Shown here piece after piece: positions 36,295-48,141 of a stretch of DNA of 64,000 nucleotides. Under the pieces are notes generated by a model that saw only the letters and a list, made by a program, of their open reading frames with translations, did no database searches and was not told where the DNA came from. Numbering within the stretch: the stretch's first letter is position 1; the number at the start of each line of letters is the position of its first letter. Position numbers and translations under genes: made by a program. Location: NCBI RefSeq assembly GCF_018350175.1, contig NC_058372.1:3596001-3660000 (forward strand), read 5' to 3'. The DNA is from Felis catus (lineage: Eukaryota).

Positions 36295-38402
36295 CCCAAC
36301 CCCCCATTCATGTCTTCAATTATACTACCGGGCAGGCCATTTCTGGGCACACACAGCCTCCCGTATTGGCTGCCCGTGACATCCCAAGCAGCCATGCCCT
36401 TGACGAGGGTGTTTGTCTGCAGAAGGCAAATGGGCCTAAAGTGGAAGTCACCAAGGGGTGGTCAATGTAAGACTGAATACTGAGTACCTCATAAATATTT
36501 GGTGTGGCGCAAATTCTGGCATTTCTCACTCTCTTTCATCTCTTCCCACCTCCGTGTAGCACACGAGCTCTGCTTACTTTCTCTATGTGCACCATGTCTG
36601 ACAGGCAACAAATTTATGATTTTTAGTCAATACAGCTTTTGAATTTTGTCTCCATCTCATACAATTTCTTGCTTACCCACATAACACTTCTCGTAAGTTT
36701 CTCACTTAGGAATTACCCACTTAACATTTCTTATGAGTTGCGGCCGTCCAGTTAGTTGGTCTTGGGTTGGTCCTCCATAGCAGAATTCAAGAGCAGAATA
36801 TATTTGAGAATATTCTCCAATGACAGAGCCAATGCACATTACACAAAGGGAGATGAGCTCCTTAGGGAGACCCCATGCCAGGCCCGAGCTTACATTTATA
36901 CACCTGTTCATGAGAGAGAAACCGTCTTTCATCTACTTTAACCAGTGACTATTTTAGGTTGTCTGTCGCTCCCAAGGGTGTCCATTAAGAAGATTAATGG
37001 ACAAGATCTATGATAGCGTTCCTTTCTGCATTTCAGTAAGATCCTACATTTTAGTTAGGCACCGAACTTCTACACAATCCCCGTGAACCCAAAATGAGAC
37101 ATGGCCTGATGAAAAGCATAAATAAATATATAGCCCCTGTTGTTAACTCTAGTCCATAAATGCAAAGTCTGCGTGTTTTTTTTTTTCTGCACATCGATTC
37201 TTCTCTCCCTGTAGCCACATCCTCTTCCCTTGTCATTGTCCTACTCAAGATTAAATCCATTCAACTTTTGGCAATGCTAAAGTGACCTTCAGACAGAGGT
37301 TTGCCCTTTCTGTTAGTCTGTGAGACTCCTATTGAAATGTCCATTTTAGACTCAGAGCCCTGTGAGGTCAAAGATTATTTCTATCCTGCTCACTGAGCTC
37401 TTCCCCAAGTACCTGTCACTCTCTGAAGCTCACCTTCTGAGGCTCTCAACAAATACACAAATAAACTCAGAGTCCTAGTCCTTCCCCTCAACACGTCATT
37501 TAGGGAAGAAAGTTAGGCACACTCCGATCTGTGATCCTAGAACCCCGTGCACTAACCACCACCCTCTCTGTTCCACACTCCCTGATCCAACAGAGAAATG
37601 CCTGGGAGGGTGGGCTTACCAAAAGTGAGGACAGTAACTGAAGGGCTCTTGATGACATGAGTCTCAGGGTATTTTGTAAATGGATAGGCGACAGTGTTTT
37701 CTGTTGAGGATTCCTATCAAGCCTCTTAAGGGAAGACGGCCCAGGCCTGGCTCCTGTGCTGGCTGGCAGACATCACTGCAAAACAAGAGGCGGTGTTTCC
37801 AGGTTGTTCTCTGCCGCTTCTTTACCTTCTCCTTCCTCTTACAAATCCTGTTTACTTTTCCAAAGAAGCACGGAATGCCTCAATTACTTGCAGAATAACA
37901 ACTAAAGTCTGGGGTTATTCTTCAATAGACATCTATCCTCTAAGTTCAGTGGTTTCCCTCCCAAACCCTTCCATTTACTAGGAAATTAGTTTCTCACGCC
38001 ATCGGGTATATAGCATTCTATTGTTTCCCACTGAACAATGACTCAGACTCACCAAGCACATTGTGCTTTCTACACAGGCTTGCCTATAAAGGATGCCAAT
38101 ATGTAGAACTCGTCCAGGCTCGTCCGGACAGCCCAAGACTTCTCAGTACAAGCCCTGACGAAAAATCTGCCAAGTTAGTTTCATTTTCTGAAACTCTCAA
38201 TAGTTAAGCAGCCAAGCACTGCCTTGCTTTCGGAACAAGTTTTTCTGCTCAGGCCTTGCTTAATACCGTTTCATGAACACAAGCTACTGAGAAAACTAGA
38301 ATGGGAAAGTAAAGACCGAGAAAAGCAGTTCAACTGCCACATGGCTCTTGCCTAACACTACCAACACTCCAGGATTAAAGCTCTTTATGTGAAAGGTTGA
38401 GC

Positions 38403-38418
38403 GGCTCTGAAAAGAGCC
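38403..38418 (-). terminator. Histone 3' stem-loop (second H2B)
   Basis: GGCTCTTTTCAGAGCC; HDE AAAGAGCT. Confidence 0.95.
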
Positions 38419-38454
38419 TTTGGGGTTGGGTAAGAGGGCGCTNNNNNNNNNNNN

Positions 38455-38835
38455 NNNNNNNNNNNNNNNNNNNNNNNNNNNNNNNNNNNNNNNNNNNNNN
38501 NNNNNNNNNNNNNNNNNNNNNNNNNNNNNNNNNNNNNNNNNNNNNNNNNNNNNNNNNNNNNNNNNNNNNNNNNNNNNNNNNNNNNNNNNNNNNNNNNNNN
38601 NNNNNNNNNNNNNNNNNNNNNNNNNNNNNNNNNNNNNNNNNNNNNNNNNNNNNNNNNNNNNNNNNNNNNNNNNNNNNNNNNNNNNNNNNNNNNNNNNNNN
38701 NNNNNNNNNNNNNNNNNNNNNNNNNNNNNNNNNNNNNNNNNNNNNNNNNNNNNNNNNNNNNNNNNNNNNNNNNNNNNNNNNNNNNNNNNNNNNNNNNNNN
38801 NNNNNNNNNNNNNNNNNNNNNNNNNNNNNNGGCAT
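38455..38835 (-). CDS. H2B: Histone H2B, almost fully masked, no divergent H2A partner (positional ortholog of H2BC9)
   Basis: Only ATG CC visible. H2B identity is inferred from the Met-Pro start, mask length fitting 381 bp, the stem-loop and octamer promoter; end coordinate is inferred. Confidence 0.78.
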
Positions 38836-38889
38836 GGCGCACAAACGTAGCAAAAAAGTCTAACAGACTGAAAGCTGAGCGTCAGGCTG

Positions 38890-39015
38890 GCCTACTTTTA
38901 TATGCCTCGTATGCAAATAGCGGCTTAATCTATCTTGACTCCTGATTGGAGCAAATCTGCCAGTAGAAACGCCTTATGCAAATAAGGTGATTTTAAATCT
39001 ACTTTCTGATTGGTC
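38890..39015 (-). promoter_or_regulatory. H2B promoter
   Basis: TATAAAAG (38895-38902, minus), two octamers ATGCAAAT (38911-38918, 38976-38983), two CCAAT boxes. Confidence 0.85.
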
Positions 39016-39739
39016 GTTTGTGTGAAAGCAAGTCTAGACCCTTTTCTCCACCATCAGAGCTTTCCTTTTCAAAACTGCAAAAGTATATCTTGTCAGTAAT
39101 ACCTGTTTATGAACTCTTGCTTCTCCCTAGATCCCGACCTAAAGACACAAAAACCTGACAAATTTATGACATCGTCCTGCCGAATTGCAGTTACCCGGTT
39201 ACTAAACGCAATAAAGAGAACACAAAAATTAAGTATTTAAATTTTAAGAAAATTATGCCATGGCATTACTAGTTTGGTTTGCTCAAAGTCGGCAAAATTT
39301 AGGCTCTTTCACGAAGCGAAGGACCGTCACATTTCAACAGCGGAGCGATTTTTATGTTTATGAGCAGAGTGTCTGGAAGTGATGCCAATGTTTGTTGGTG
39401 TGTTGGTAGTTATGGGATACGGCGCTTCCTTCAATATAAACGTGGCTTCAAGCTAATATAAATATAAAATATAAAACGTGGCTTCAAGCTCAGAAACTGA
39501 GAAATGACAAAGGACGATACTGAACTGGATCAATCACGTTCAGACGGAGAGCTTTTGAAACCATTCAGGAACTGTAGAGGTTTCACTTTCGTCTCTTCCC
39601 AAATTCAATTCCAGACAAGAGGATTAAGACAAAACCAGTTAAGGTACCGTGAAACATTAACTACAGGTTGAATAAAGGACGGAGCACTCTGGGAACATAG
39701 TACATTTCAGGATTACGAGATTTTCTAAAGTGAGTCCTG

Positions 39740-39883
39740 GTAGCCAATCAGAAGGCCCATCAGGTTGCTCAATTCGCGGCGCGGAATTTGAAGATTCGGA
39801 CCAATCAGGAGGACGTTGCCTTTATAAATAAGAGGCAGCGCAAAGGGACTTTCAGTTGGGCGTCTGGTGTGCATTTTCCCGTT
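39740..39883 (+). promoter_or_regulatory. H3 promoter
   Basis: CCAAT at 39744 and 39801; TATAAATA 39823-39830. Confidence 0.85.
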
Positions 39884-40294
39884 ATGGCTCGCACGAAGCA
39901 GACGGCGCGCAAGTCGACGNNNNNNNNNNNNNNNNNNNNNNNNNNNNNNNNNNNNNNNNNNNNNNNNNNNNNNNNNNNNNNNNNNNNNNNNNNNNNNNNN
40001 NNNNNNNNNNNNNNNNNNNNNNNNNNNNNNNNNNNNNNNNNNNNNNNNNNNNNNNNNNNNNNNNNNNNNNNNNNNNNNNNNNNNNNNNAGCGNNNNNNNN
40101 NNNNNNNNNNNNNNNNNNNNNNNNNNNNNNNNNNNNNNNNNNNNNNNNNNNNNNNNNNNNNNNNNNNNNNNNNNNNNNNNNNNNNNNNNNNNNNNNNNNN
40201 NNNNNNNNNNNNNNNNNNNNNNNNNNNNNNNNNNNNNNNNNNNNNNNNNNNNNNNNNNNNNNNNNNNNNNNNNNNCCGCGGCGAGAGGGCCTAA
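39884..40294 (+). CDS. H3: Histone H3 (positional ortholog of H3C7)
   Basis: MARTKQTARKST...RGERA*, 411 bp; interior masked. Confidence 0.93.
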   Translation: MARTKQTARKSTXXXXXXXXXXXXXXXXXXXXXXXXXXXXXXXXXXXXXXXXXXXXXXXXXXXXXXXXXXXXXXXXXXXXXXXXXXXXXXXXXXXXXXXXXXXXXXXXXXXXXXXXXXXXXXXXXXXXXXXRGERA

Positions 40295-40329
40295 ATTCTT
40301 AACGAAGGATCGCCGACCTTAAACCCAAA

Positions 40330-40345
40330 GGCTCTTTTCAGAGCC
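40330..40345 (+). terminator. Histone 3' stem-loop (second H3)
   Basis: GGCTCTTTTCAGAGCC; HDE AAAGAGCTG. Confidence 0.95.
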
Positions 40346-41599
40346 ACCGCTCTTTTCAATTTAAAGAGCTGTATCCTGGGCAGTAGTGTCCGCGCAGTAC
40401 TTCCGTTCCCATCTCTCCCCTCCCCCCATGTGGGAGGACCTCTAGGGGCAGCGGCATTTGCCAAGATTTGAGTAGCATTGGTACCTGTCGTGGGAGCTGA
40501 CTCCCCAGCTTCCTACTCTGGCCTCCACCTGAACACGAGAAACTTCGGGATCCTTACCTTGATTAGGCCGAGTGCGCCCTTTGAGGCCTCTTGGCACTGC
40601 ATCCTCCTTCGGAGGGTGTTTGACAGGTCTTGGCTTTTCCTTCCTGCCTTCGACCATGTGGAGTGTAGTGAAGGGTTCATACGGCCGTCTTGGACTGGTG
40701 TATTTACTCGGTCTGAGACGTAGTAGCGTCAATTTACGTCCAATCCCGAAATTGACCACTCAGGATTTGGGGAATCTACAGAGTAGCTGGCTAGATGCCA
40801 CTTTTAAAGGGCAGCAGTTGATGCCGGACCTACCCAGAACCCCGGCGTGGGTTTTCACATTTCATTCTGAAATGACAGGAAGCGAACTGGGTTCCTGCGT
40901 TTGATAGGGCATGCGCACACTGATGTTCAGGAAGGCGTGCTGAGTCGTGCGTGGGAGCAGTGAAGGTGGCAGTGCGTTTATTTCTTTACTGAGCAATACA
41001 TCCTCCAGTAAAGACCGTCATCCTTTCTGTGCTGGAAATGGAGGTCGCTACCGGTACCCCAAACCTGGGTTCCACAGAAGTTCCAGAGTTCATGCAGCAG
41101 CACTAGCCGCAGTGTGGGCAGCAGCCTGTCTGTGGAACTGCGCGGGGCGTCAGTGCACCAACCCTGGGGCCTGGAGTGAGAGCTAAGTATGTTTAGCCTC
41201 CCCCCCCACCCCCCCCGGAAATTGGCTTGTTGCAGCAGCTCGTGACTGACTGAAAAGTCGAGGTTGTGCAGAATGTGTCTACACCCCGTATGAGAACCAT
41301 GTAGTCTCTAAGGCAGGACTCAGAGCTTTCACAGGTGGTGGTGAATAATCTGTTAATCCTCAAAGAACCAAGGAGGCAACAGCTCCCAACTTTGCTCAAA
41401 CAAATTCAGAGTCCTATGACAATCCCCAGCGCCATGCAGGATTTGTACGCGCAGTCAGGTCTTAGGGACATCGGTAATGGGGAACTCTTAGCCTCATCCC
41501 CGGGTTTATCCCGCCGTGAGGTTTAGGAAAGGCTGGAGGTTTTTCAGGAACCAAGCGAACAGCTCTGAATGTCAGTGGAAACACAAATCCCATGGCCAG

Positions 41600-42110
41600 A
41601 GCCACAGGACGGGGATACCAGCATTTATTCAGCAAACACTGGAGTATCTTGGTGGGGTAAATCCTCGGCTACAGAACCCAGAAGTCAGATTTCAGAAACA
41701 ACGGGAACGATGGTGCAATACTTTTGAACCTTGAAGCAACCTGGCAAATGATAATAGCAATACCGTGGGATTCCTTTGTGACTATTCAAAAGGTTATTAG
41801 GCTCCCAGATAGCATAGCAGCAATTTTGTGTCTTAAAAAATGTCATTTTAAGGTGGACTGCAGGAAATACAGAATAACACAAAACTGCCAGGGGCGGGGG
41901 CAAAACAACCTGGTACATGGAAGTTCATAACAGCTTTATTTGCAATAGCCCTAAATTAGAAACCACTTGTATCTTTCAATGGGTGGATGTGAAATGTTTT
42001 CATACACCCATGCATGGATTCCTGCTGGGTGATAAAAAGGGAGGTTAGTGATCCAGATAACAGCTTGCATGGATCTCAAGGACTTAAGGCTTAGTGGAAA
42101 AAGCTACTGG
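41600..42110 (+). mobile_element. Old L1ME-like 3' fragment
   Basis: GAAGTTCATAACAGCTTTATTTGCAATAGCCCTAAATTAGAAAC, an L1 ORF2/3'UTR-type motif. Confidence 0.5.
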
Positions 42111-42680
42111 GGAGGAACCCATTTTCCTTTACCCTTGGAAGTTCTTTGGCTGTAAATTGCTATAGAAACAAATTAACAGGAGAAAAACAAACTTAATTAT
42201 GTATGTGTGGGAGCCCCATCAGAGTATGAGACCCAGGGATAAGTCTGTCAGTTGAGGTTGATTGATTGATTGATTGATTGATTCATGCATTCATGCATTC
42301 ATTCATTCAAGTACTTATTCACTTATCTTGAGAGAGAGGGAGAGAGAGAATCCCAAGCAGGCTTCGCCCTCAACACAGAGCCTGATGTGGTACTCGATCT
42401 CACGAACTGTGACCCGACCCAAAATCAAGAGTCAGATGCTCAACTGACTGAGGCACCCAGGTGTCCTGTCAGTTGAGATTTATAGGCCACCCTGAGCTAA
42501 AGGCACAGGGACCTGTGGCTTCAAAGGGAAATAGGGCAACCCACAGATAGGTGTTTCATTCTGGTTGGGCTGTCCTCACAGCAGGGCGACAGAAGAGACC
42601 CCTGAGCTGGAAGACGTGCGGTCACGTAGGGATGATCTGTGTGGTACCAGCTTGTCAGTTGGCTTTTCTCATTTGTGAAG
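42110..42680 (-). mobile_element. MER34-like LTR relic with a SINE insertion (42257-42466, TSD CTGTCAGTTGAG)
   Basis: AAATTAACAGGAGAAAAACAAAC motif; SINE tail is (GATT)n(CATT)n. Confidence 0.55.
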
Positions 42681-42685
42681 TTTCT

Positions 42686-42914
42686 TTTTTTTTTTTTTTT
42701 AATTTTTTTTTCAACATTTATTTATTTTTGGGACAGAGAGAGACAGAGCATGAACGGGGGAGGGGCAGAGAGAGAGGGAGACACAGAATCGGAAACAGGC
42801 TCCAGGCTCTGAGCCATCAGCCCAGAGCCTGACGCGGGGCTCGAACTCACGGACCGCGAGATCGTGACCTGGCTGAAGTCGGACGCTTAACCGACTGCGC
42901 CACCCAGGCGCCCC
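42686..42914 (-). mobile_element. Young feline CanSINE
   Basis: TSD TCATTTGTGAAGTTTCT; 3 differences (all at CpG) from the copy at 13.7 kb. Confidence 0.97.
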
Positions 42915-43403
42915 ATCATTTGTGAAGTTTCTGATCAAGGCCTTTGTCCAATCTCTAGATCGTTTTCCCATTTTTGTTATCGATTTGAATAAGTATTGAT
43001 TAATTAAATTAACTAGACAAATGTGGATTTATGTATTCTGGATCCTAGCACTTGGTCGATTTTAGATTCATATCATTTTCAGTTCTGTGACTTGTAGTTT
43101 TGCTTTTTACGTAGTCGCCTTTATAAACTGAACTCCTTGCTTTTAAGATGGGTACAGTTGCACGTACCCATCTGTTACTTTACGTCTTTTCTTTTTTCTG
43201 TCTTATTTTAAAAATGTCCTCTCTAATCCCAGGTCATGATGATATTTACTTATGCTGTTTTCTAAGAGTTTGTGTTTTGTTTTTCACATTTCCGGTTTTA
43301 ATCCTTGGGGTGGGGGAGCTTTAATTTCATTTGTTTTCCATGTGGCTATCCAGCTTTCCAAGCATCATTTAAAGACAGCATCATATTTTCCCTGCAGGTC
43401 TCT

Positions 43404-43637
43404 TTAAAAAAATTTTTTTTAATGTTTTTATTTATTTTTTTTTCAGAGAGAGAGAGAGAGAGACAGGGCATGAGCAGGGGAGGGGCAGAGAGAGAGAGGG
43501 AGACACGGAATCCGAAGCAGGCTCCAGGCTCGGAGTTGTCAGCACAGAGCCTGACGTGGGGCTCGAACTCACGAACTGTGAGATCATGACCTGAGCTGAA
43601 GTCGGAGGCTTCACCGACCGAGCCCCTCAGGCACCCC
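43404..43637 (-). mobile_element. CanSINE within an antisense L1ME-like fragment (42950-43800)
   Basis: TSD CC(C/T)TGCAGGTCTCTT. Confidence 0.92.
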
Positions 43638-44009
43638 TCCTTGCAGGTCTCTTACGCCACCTCTGCCCCATCTAAGTGCTCCTGGGTGTGAGGGTTTCTG
43701 GGCTCTCTGTTATGTTCCGGTGGTCATCGTGCCTGGAATTTTACCACTACATTGTTTTAACCATTATGCTTCGATGATCTTGACCATCTGGTAGCTGAGT
43801 CCATCTTATCACTTGTCACATAGAAGGAGATTAAGTATTGATTTGATTACGAATCCAAACTGAGCATCTTAGAGATAAAATAATTACTCCTTTTACTCTG
43901 GAAACTACGTTCTACTAGGGCAAATGTAGTTTAAGTTCCCAGGTAAAATCTCAGTCAAATTTTCACAGTGTGACAAAGGAAGGTTAAGGCTACTTCAGTT
44001 AGGTTTTAT

Positions 44010-44955
44010 TAGTCTTGTATTTGTTTCCTGTGGCTGTTCTATCGAATTAACACAATCTTAGTTGCTTAAAAAACACCCCGAAATTTGTTAGCTTACACTT
44101 CTGGAAGTCAGAACTCAAAATGGGTCTAAGGAGTTACCGTAGAGGTGTTGGTAAGATCGCATTCCTTTGTGAAGGTTTAGAGGGGAATTCTTTGGCTTGC
44201 CTGTTTCAGCTTCTAGAGGTCACCCACATTCCTTGGCTCGTAGCGCCTTCCTGTGTCTGCCAAGCACATGGCTCCAGTCTTTGCTTCCATGGCCACTTCT
44301 GTGACTCTCATACCTCCTTTCACAACAATCCTGTGGTTGCACCGGGCTCCCTTGTGTAATCTGGAATCATCTCCTAATCTCCAGACACTCCATTGAAATG
44401 TTTATTTATTTTTGAGAAAGAGCAAGTTGGAGAGGGGCAGAGAGAGAGAGAGAGAGAGAGGGAGAATCCCAAGAGGGCTCCACATTGCCAGCGCAGAACT
44501 CAACATGGGACTGGAACTCACGAACCATGCGATCATGACCTGAGCCAAAATCAAGAGTTGGACTCTTCTTTAATTTTTTTTAATGTTTATTCATTTTTGA
44601 AAGACAGAGAGAGACAGAGCACAAGCAAGGGTGGGGCAGAGAGAGAGGGGAACACAGAATCTGAAGCAGGCTCCAGGCTCCGAGCTGCCAGCACAGAGCC
44701 CAACGCAGGGCTCGAACTCATGAACCTCGAGATCATGACCTGAGTCGAAGTTGGACGCTCAACCCACTGAGCCACCCAGGCGCCCCAAGAGTTGGACTCT
44801 TAACCAGTCGAGCCACCCAGGCGCCCCACCCCAGACCCTCCATTTAATTCCATCTGCAAAGTCCTTTTCGGTCAGGTAACATATTCACAGGCTCTGGGGA
44901 TCTGGACCCATCCTCATGGGTGGGCTGGGCTGGGTAGTATTCTGTCCGCCATGAC
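44010..44955 (-). mobile_element. MLT1-like LTR containing a SINE-in-SINE insertion (44390-44827)
   Basis: MLT1 motifs (CTTACACTTCTGGAAGTCAGAACTCAAAATGGGTCT); inner SINE 44571-44786 flanked by 15-bp TSD AAGAGTTGGACTCTT. Confidence 0.75.
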
Positions 44956-44981
44956 CACAAGGACTAAAGCCTTTTTGCCTC

Positions 44982-45640
44982 TGTGGGAGTTCAGAGCATG
45001 CCATCTCAATATGTGCTGCTTCGATATTGAAGTGAAATCAAGGGGCGCCTGGGTGGCTCAGTCGGTTAAGCGTCTGACTTCGGCTCAGGTCATGATCCCC
45101 AGTCTGTGGGTTTGAGCCCCGCGTCGGGCTCTGTGCTGACAGCTCAGAGCCTGGAGCCTGTTTCAGATTCTGTGTCTCCCTCTTTCTCTGACCCTCCCCT
45201 GTTCATGCGCGCTCTCTCTCTGTCTCAAAAGTAAATAAATGTTAAAAAAAAATTAAAAAAGAAAATGAAATCAATTTGACTTGATGATCAACATATTGAT
45301 TCTTTTCAGCCGAGGCACTTGAAAAACAGCAGAGGCAAGAAGGGTGCTCTGACCTTCCTTTTTCTTCCCGAAAGCAGGAGATAAAATTCCCTGTCCCAGG
45401 AGGAAAGAATATTCTTATCGGAGACGGGACCTGAGATGGAGAGAAATCTGTAAAACTACACCTTGTTAAAATACCCCTTATCTTTCTTCAGCCTCCCTAA
45501 AGCACTTGAGCAACTTTTCCAACCTAGTGTGTAAATACACACGCCTAGCCACGTTTTTGGGTCTTCGTTTTCCTGTGAAGGTTCCCGTGCACAGGTAAAA
45601 GAAAATTTGTTTCTCCCCTGTTAAGTTTACCTCTCCTACA
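44982..45640 (+). mobile_element. MER34-like LTR with SINE insertion (45042-45265)
   Basis: Starts TGTGGGAGTTCAGAGCATGCC, the MER34-type 5' end. Confidence 0.65.
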
Positions 45641-46391
45641 CATCACTGTTGTGAAACAACTTTAAGTACCTAAAATACACAAACTCTACCAGAAAGTATT
45701 TAAAACCATTTAACACTTTTTTTTTTTTTTTAATTCAAAGTTAGGAACCAGAAAGGCTGACTCTGGTTGATCACACATGAAGGGCAAGGGTGAAGGGACA
45801 GACTGCGTTCCGGGGAGGGCTGTGGGACCAGGCCTGAAGATACTTCCAGGTCTAAAACCCCACACTCTTCTGCAGAATCGGCCTGGGGCTATGGGTCATC
45901 CACCTGGAAGCCATGGCTTTCCTTTACATTTGTGTAAAGGAAAATGGTGAGAGAGGAAAAAGTTCTAGGGGGGGCAGATAATATTATTTAAAGGAGAGCA
46001 ATTCATATAAAAGTTTATTGGCGGCCTTTGATAGCTTATTCATTTGAGTGACTCAGTCATTTCACTGAAGAGTCTCTGCTGTCTCGTCCTTCCATTTCGA
46101 AGAGAAGTCTTTCGAAGGTGAGACCGATTGGTGGAGCCTGGCCACATATATCTCCATGGTGGCTGGGAGGGAGCCTGAGCATTGCGCTTCAGAAGCCTCG
46201 GTAAGTGAGGCCAAGTTCTAAGCTGGGAGCCGAATGCGTTTATAAAGGAAATCAATGGACCAGTGGTTTGCAAATATTTTCACTCCAGGTTCCACGGTAA
46301 AAACCAAACAAAACAAACAGAAACACATGTACTTGAAACTAAAATTTTATGGGGTGATATTTTCATTTTTTACACAAGATGGTTGATATTT

Positions 46392-47687
46392 TCTATACAT
46401 TTCCTAGCTTTTTAAAAAAATTTTTTTTAATTTTTTTTTTTTTAATTTTTGTGAGACAGAATGTGAGCAGGGGAGGGGCAGAGAGAGAGAGAGAGAGAAA
46501 GACAGAATCTGAAGAGGCTCCAGGCTCTGAGCTGTCTGCACAGATGCGGGGCTTGAACTCACAAGCCATGAGATCATGACCTGAAGTCGGATGCTTAACC
46601 AACTGAGCCACCAGGGCATCCCTGCTTTTTTTTTTTTTTTTTTTTTTTTAAAGGCTACATCAATGGATAGAGGTAAATCCAAATTTTAATCTTAGATTCA
46701 GAAGTGCAGCCAATAATTCTGAATCAACATACCACTTTCACTCAAAGTAATTTGGATTAATTTGGGTGATTAAGTATTTTCATAAAAGATCTGTTGCCAT
46801 AGCTATTTTTCACACTGTATAAGTGAATCTGCTAAAAATATAACACCATACACTTTTAGGAAATCTACATTGTAGGTAAGTGTAACCCTAGCTACGGAAC
46901 TGAAAAACCGTTTTTTTTTTTTTTTTTTGTTTTTTTTGTTTTGTTTTGTTTTGTTTTTTGGCATGACACATAAGAAAGGAAGCATGAGCCGGAATGGCTC
47001 AGCTGGTTAAGCCTCCACTTTGGTTCAGGTCATGATCTTGTGGTTTGTGGGTTCAAGCCCCATTATAGGCTCTGTGCTGACAGCTCAGAGCCTGGAGCTT
47101 GCTTTGGATTCTGTGCCTCCTTCGCTCTCTGCCCCTTCCCCGCTCTCTCTTCTCTCTCTCTCTCTCTGAAAAATAAAGATTACCCCCCAAAAAAAAAAAA
47201 AAGAAAAGGAACCAAATGTGGAGCTCCCCCCCCCCCAAAAAGGCTGCTGCTAATACCTCTTTTATTTTCTTTCTCTTATATAAATACATGCCGGCAACAT
47301 AAAGTTTAGGAATTCTATAGCAACAATTGCTATCCCAGTAAACAGTGATGAAAAACTGGCTCGCTATCAATACGTGTAAGTTTATGAAAGTAGCATTTCT
47401 GTGAGAAAATTTTGGGTTAGGGTTGGGACCCATCAAATTATTTTCATTACAAATTAAGGGCTTGCAATTTGCATCTTAAAAGTCTGCAGTGGTGGGGGGC
47501 GCCTGGGGGGCTCAGTTGGCTGAGCATCCCAGCTTGGGTCATGATCTCACAGTTCGCAGGTTCGAGCCCCGCATCAAGCTCTGTGCTGACAGCTCGGAGC
47601 CTGGAACCTGCTTTGTATTCTGTGTCTCCCTCTCTTTGTCCCTCCTCTACTCTCGCTCTTTCTCTCTCTCAAAAGTAAACATTAAAA

Positions 47688-47722
<35 letters not shown>

Positions 47723-47724
47723 AA
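46392..47724. mobile_element. Three CanSINEs (46392-46622 minus, 46985-47200 plus, 47496-47724 plus with (AAAT)n tail)
   Basis: SINE bodies with (CT)n linkers and A-rich tails. Confidence 0.88.
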
Positions 47725-48141
47725 AGGCTGCTGTGGTGATTGGCACTCACAAGCCTGATATTTGTGTAAAGGAAAATGGTAAGAGGAAAAAGTTCTAGGG
47801 GGGCAGCTAATATTATTTAAAGGGGAGCAATTCGTATAAAAGTTTATTTGTGGCCTTTGATAGCTTATTCATTTCACTGAATCCTGTAGTCATTGCACAG
47901 ATATTTACTAAGTGAATAACATGTGCTAATAATTTATCTGGGTCCTGAGACTGTTAAGATGAAGATATTGTCCAAGCCTTCCAGCAATCTCGAGGGGAAA
48001 ACGTATTAGTCATCACCAACAACTGTTTAAGGGTGTAGTAGCACCAAAGTTGGAGAGGGGACTCTGAAGTTGTGTTGGGTACTTGTGTGGAGGGGTGTGT
48101 TTTTGGCTTGGGAGAATCAGGTGCAGTTCTCTTGAAAGGGG

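Noticed and set aside
38177-38188. ISRE-like AGTTTCATTTTC downstream of the second H2B
   Set aside because: A single 12-mer match is expected by chance in 64 kb and has no supporting cluster.
39302-39317. GGCTCTTTCACGAAGC as the stem-loop relic of a deleted H2A partner
   Set aside because: The 3' arm does not pair, there is no HDE, and no H2A-like coding sequence lies upstream.
40681-40705. H2B-like words (ACGGCCGTCT, CTGGTGTATTT) downstream of the second H3
   Set aside because: The two words are in non-collinear order relative to H2B and similarity does not extend; the 40.4-41.2 kb block is unassigned.
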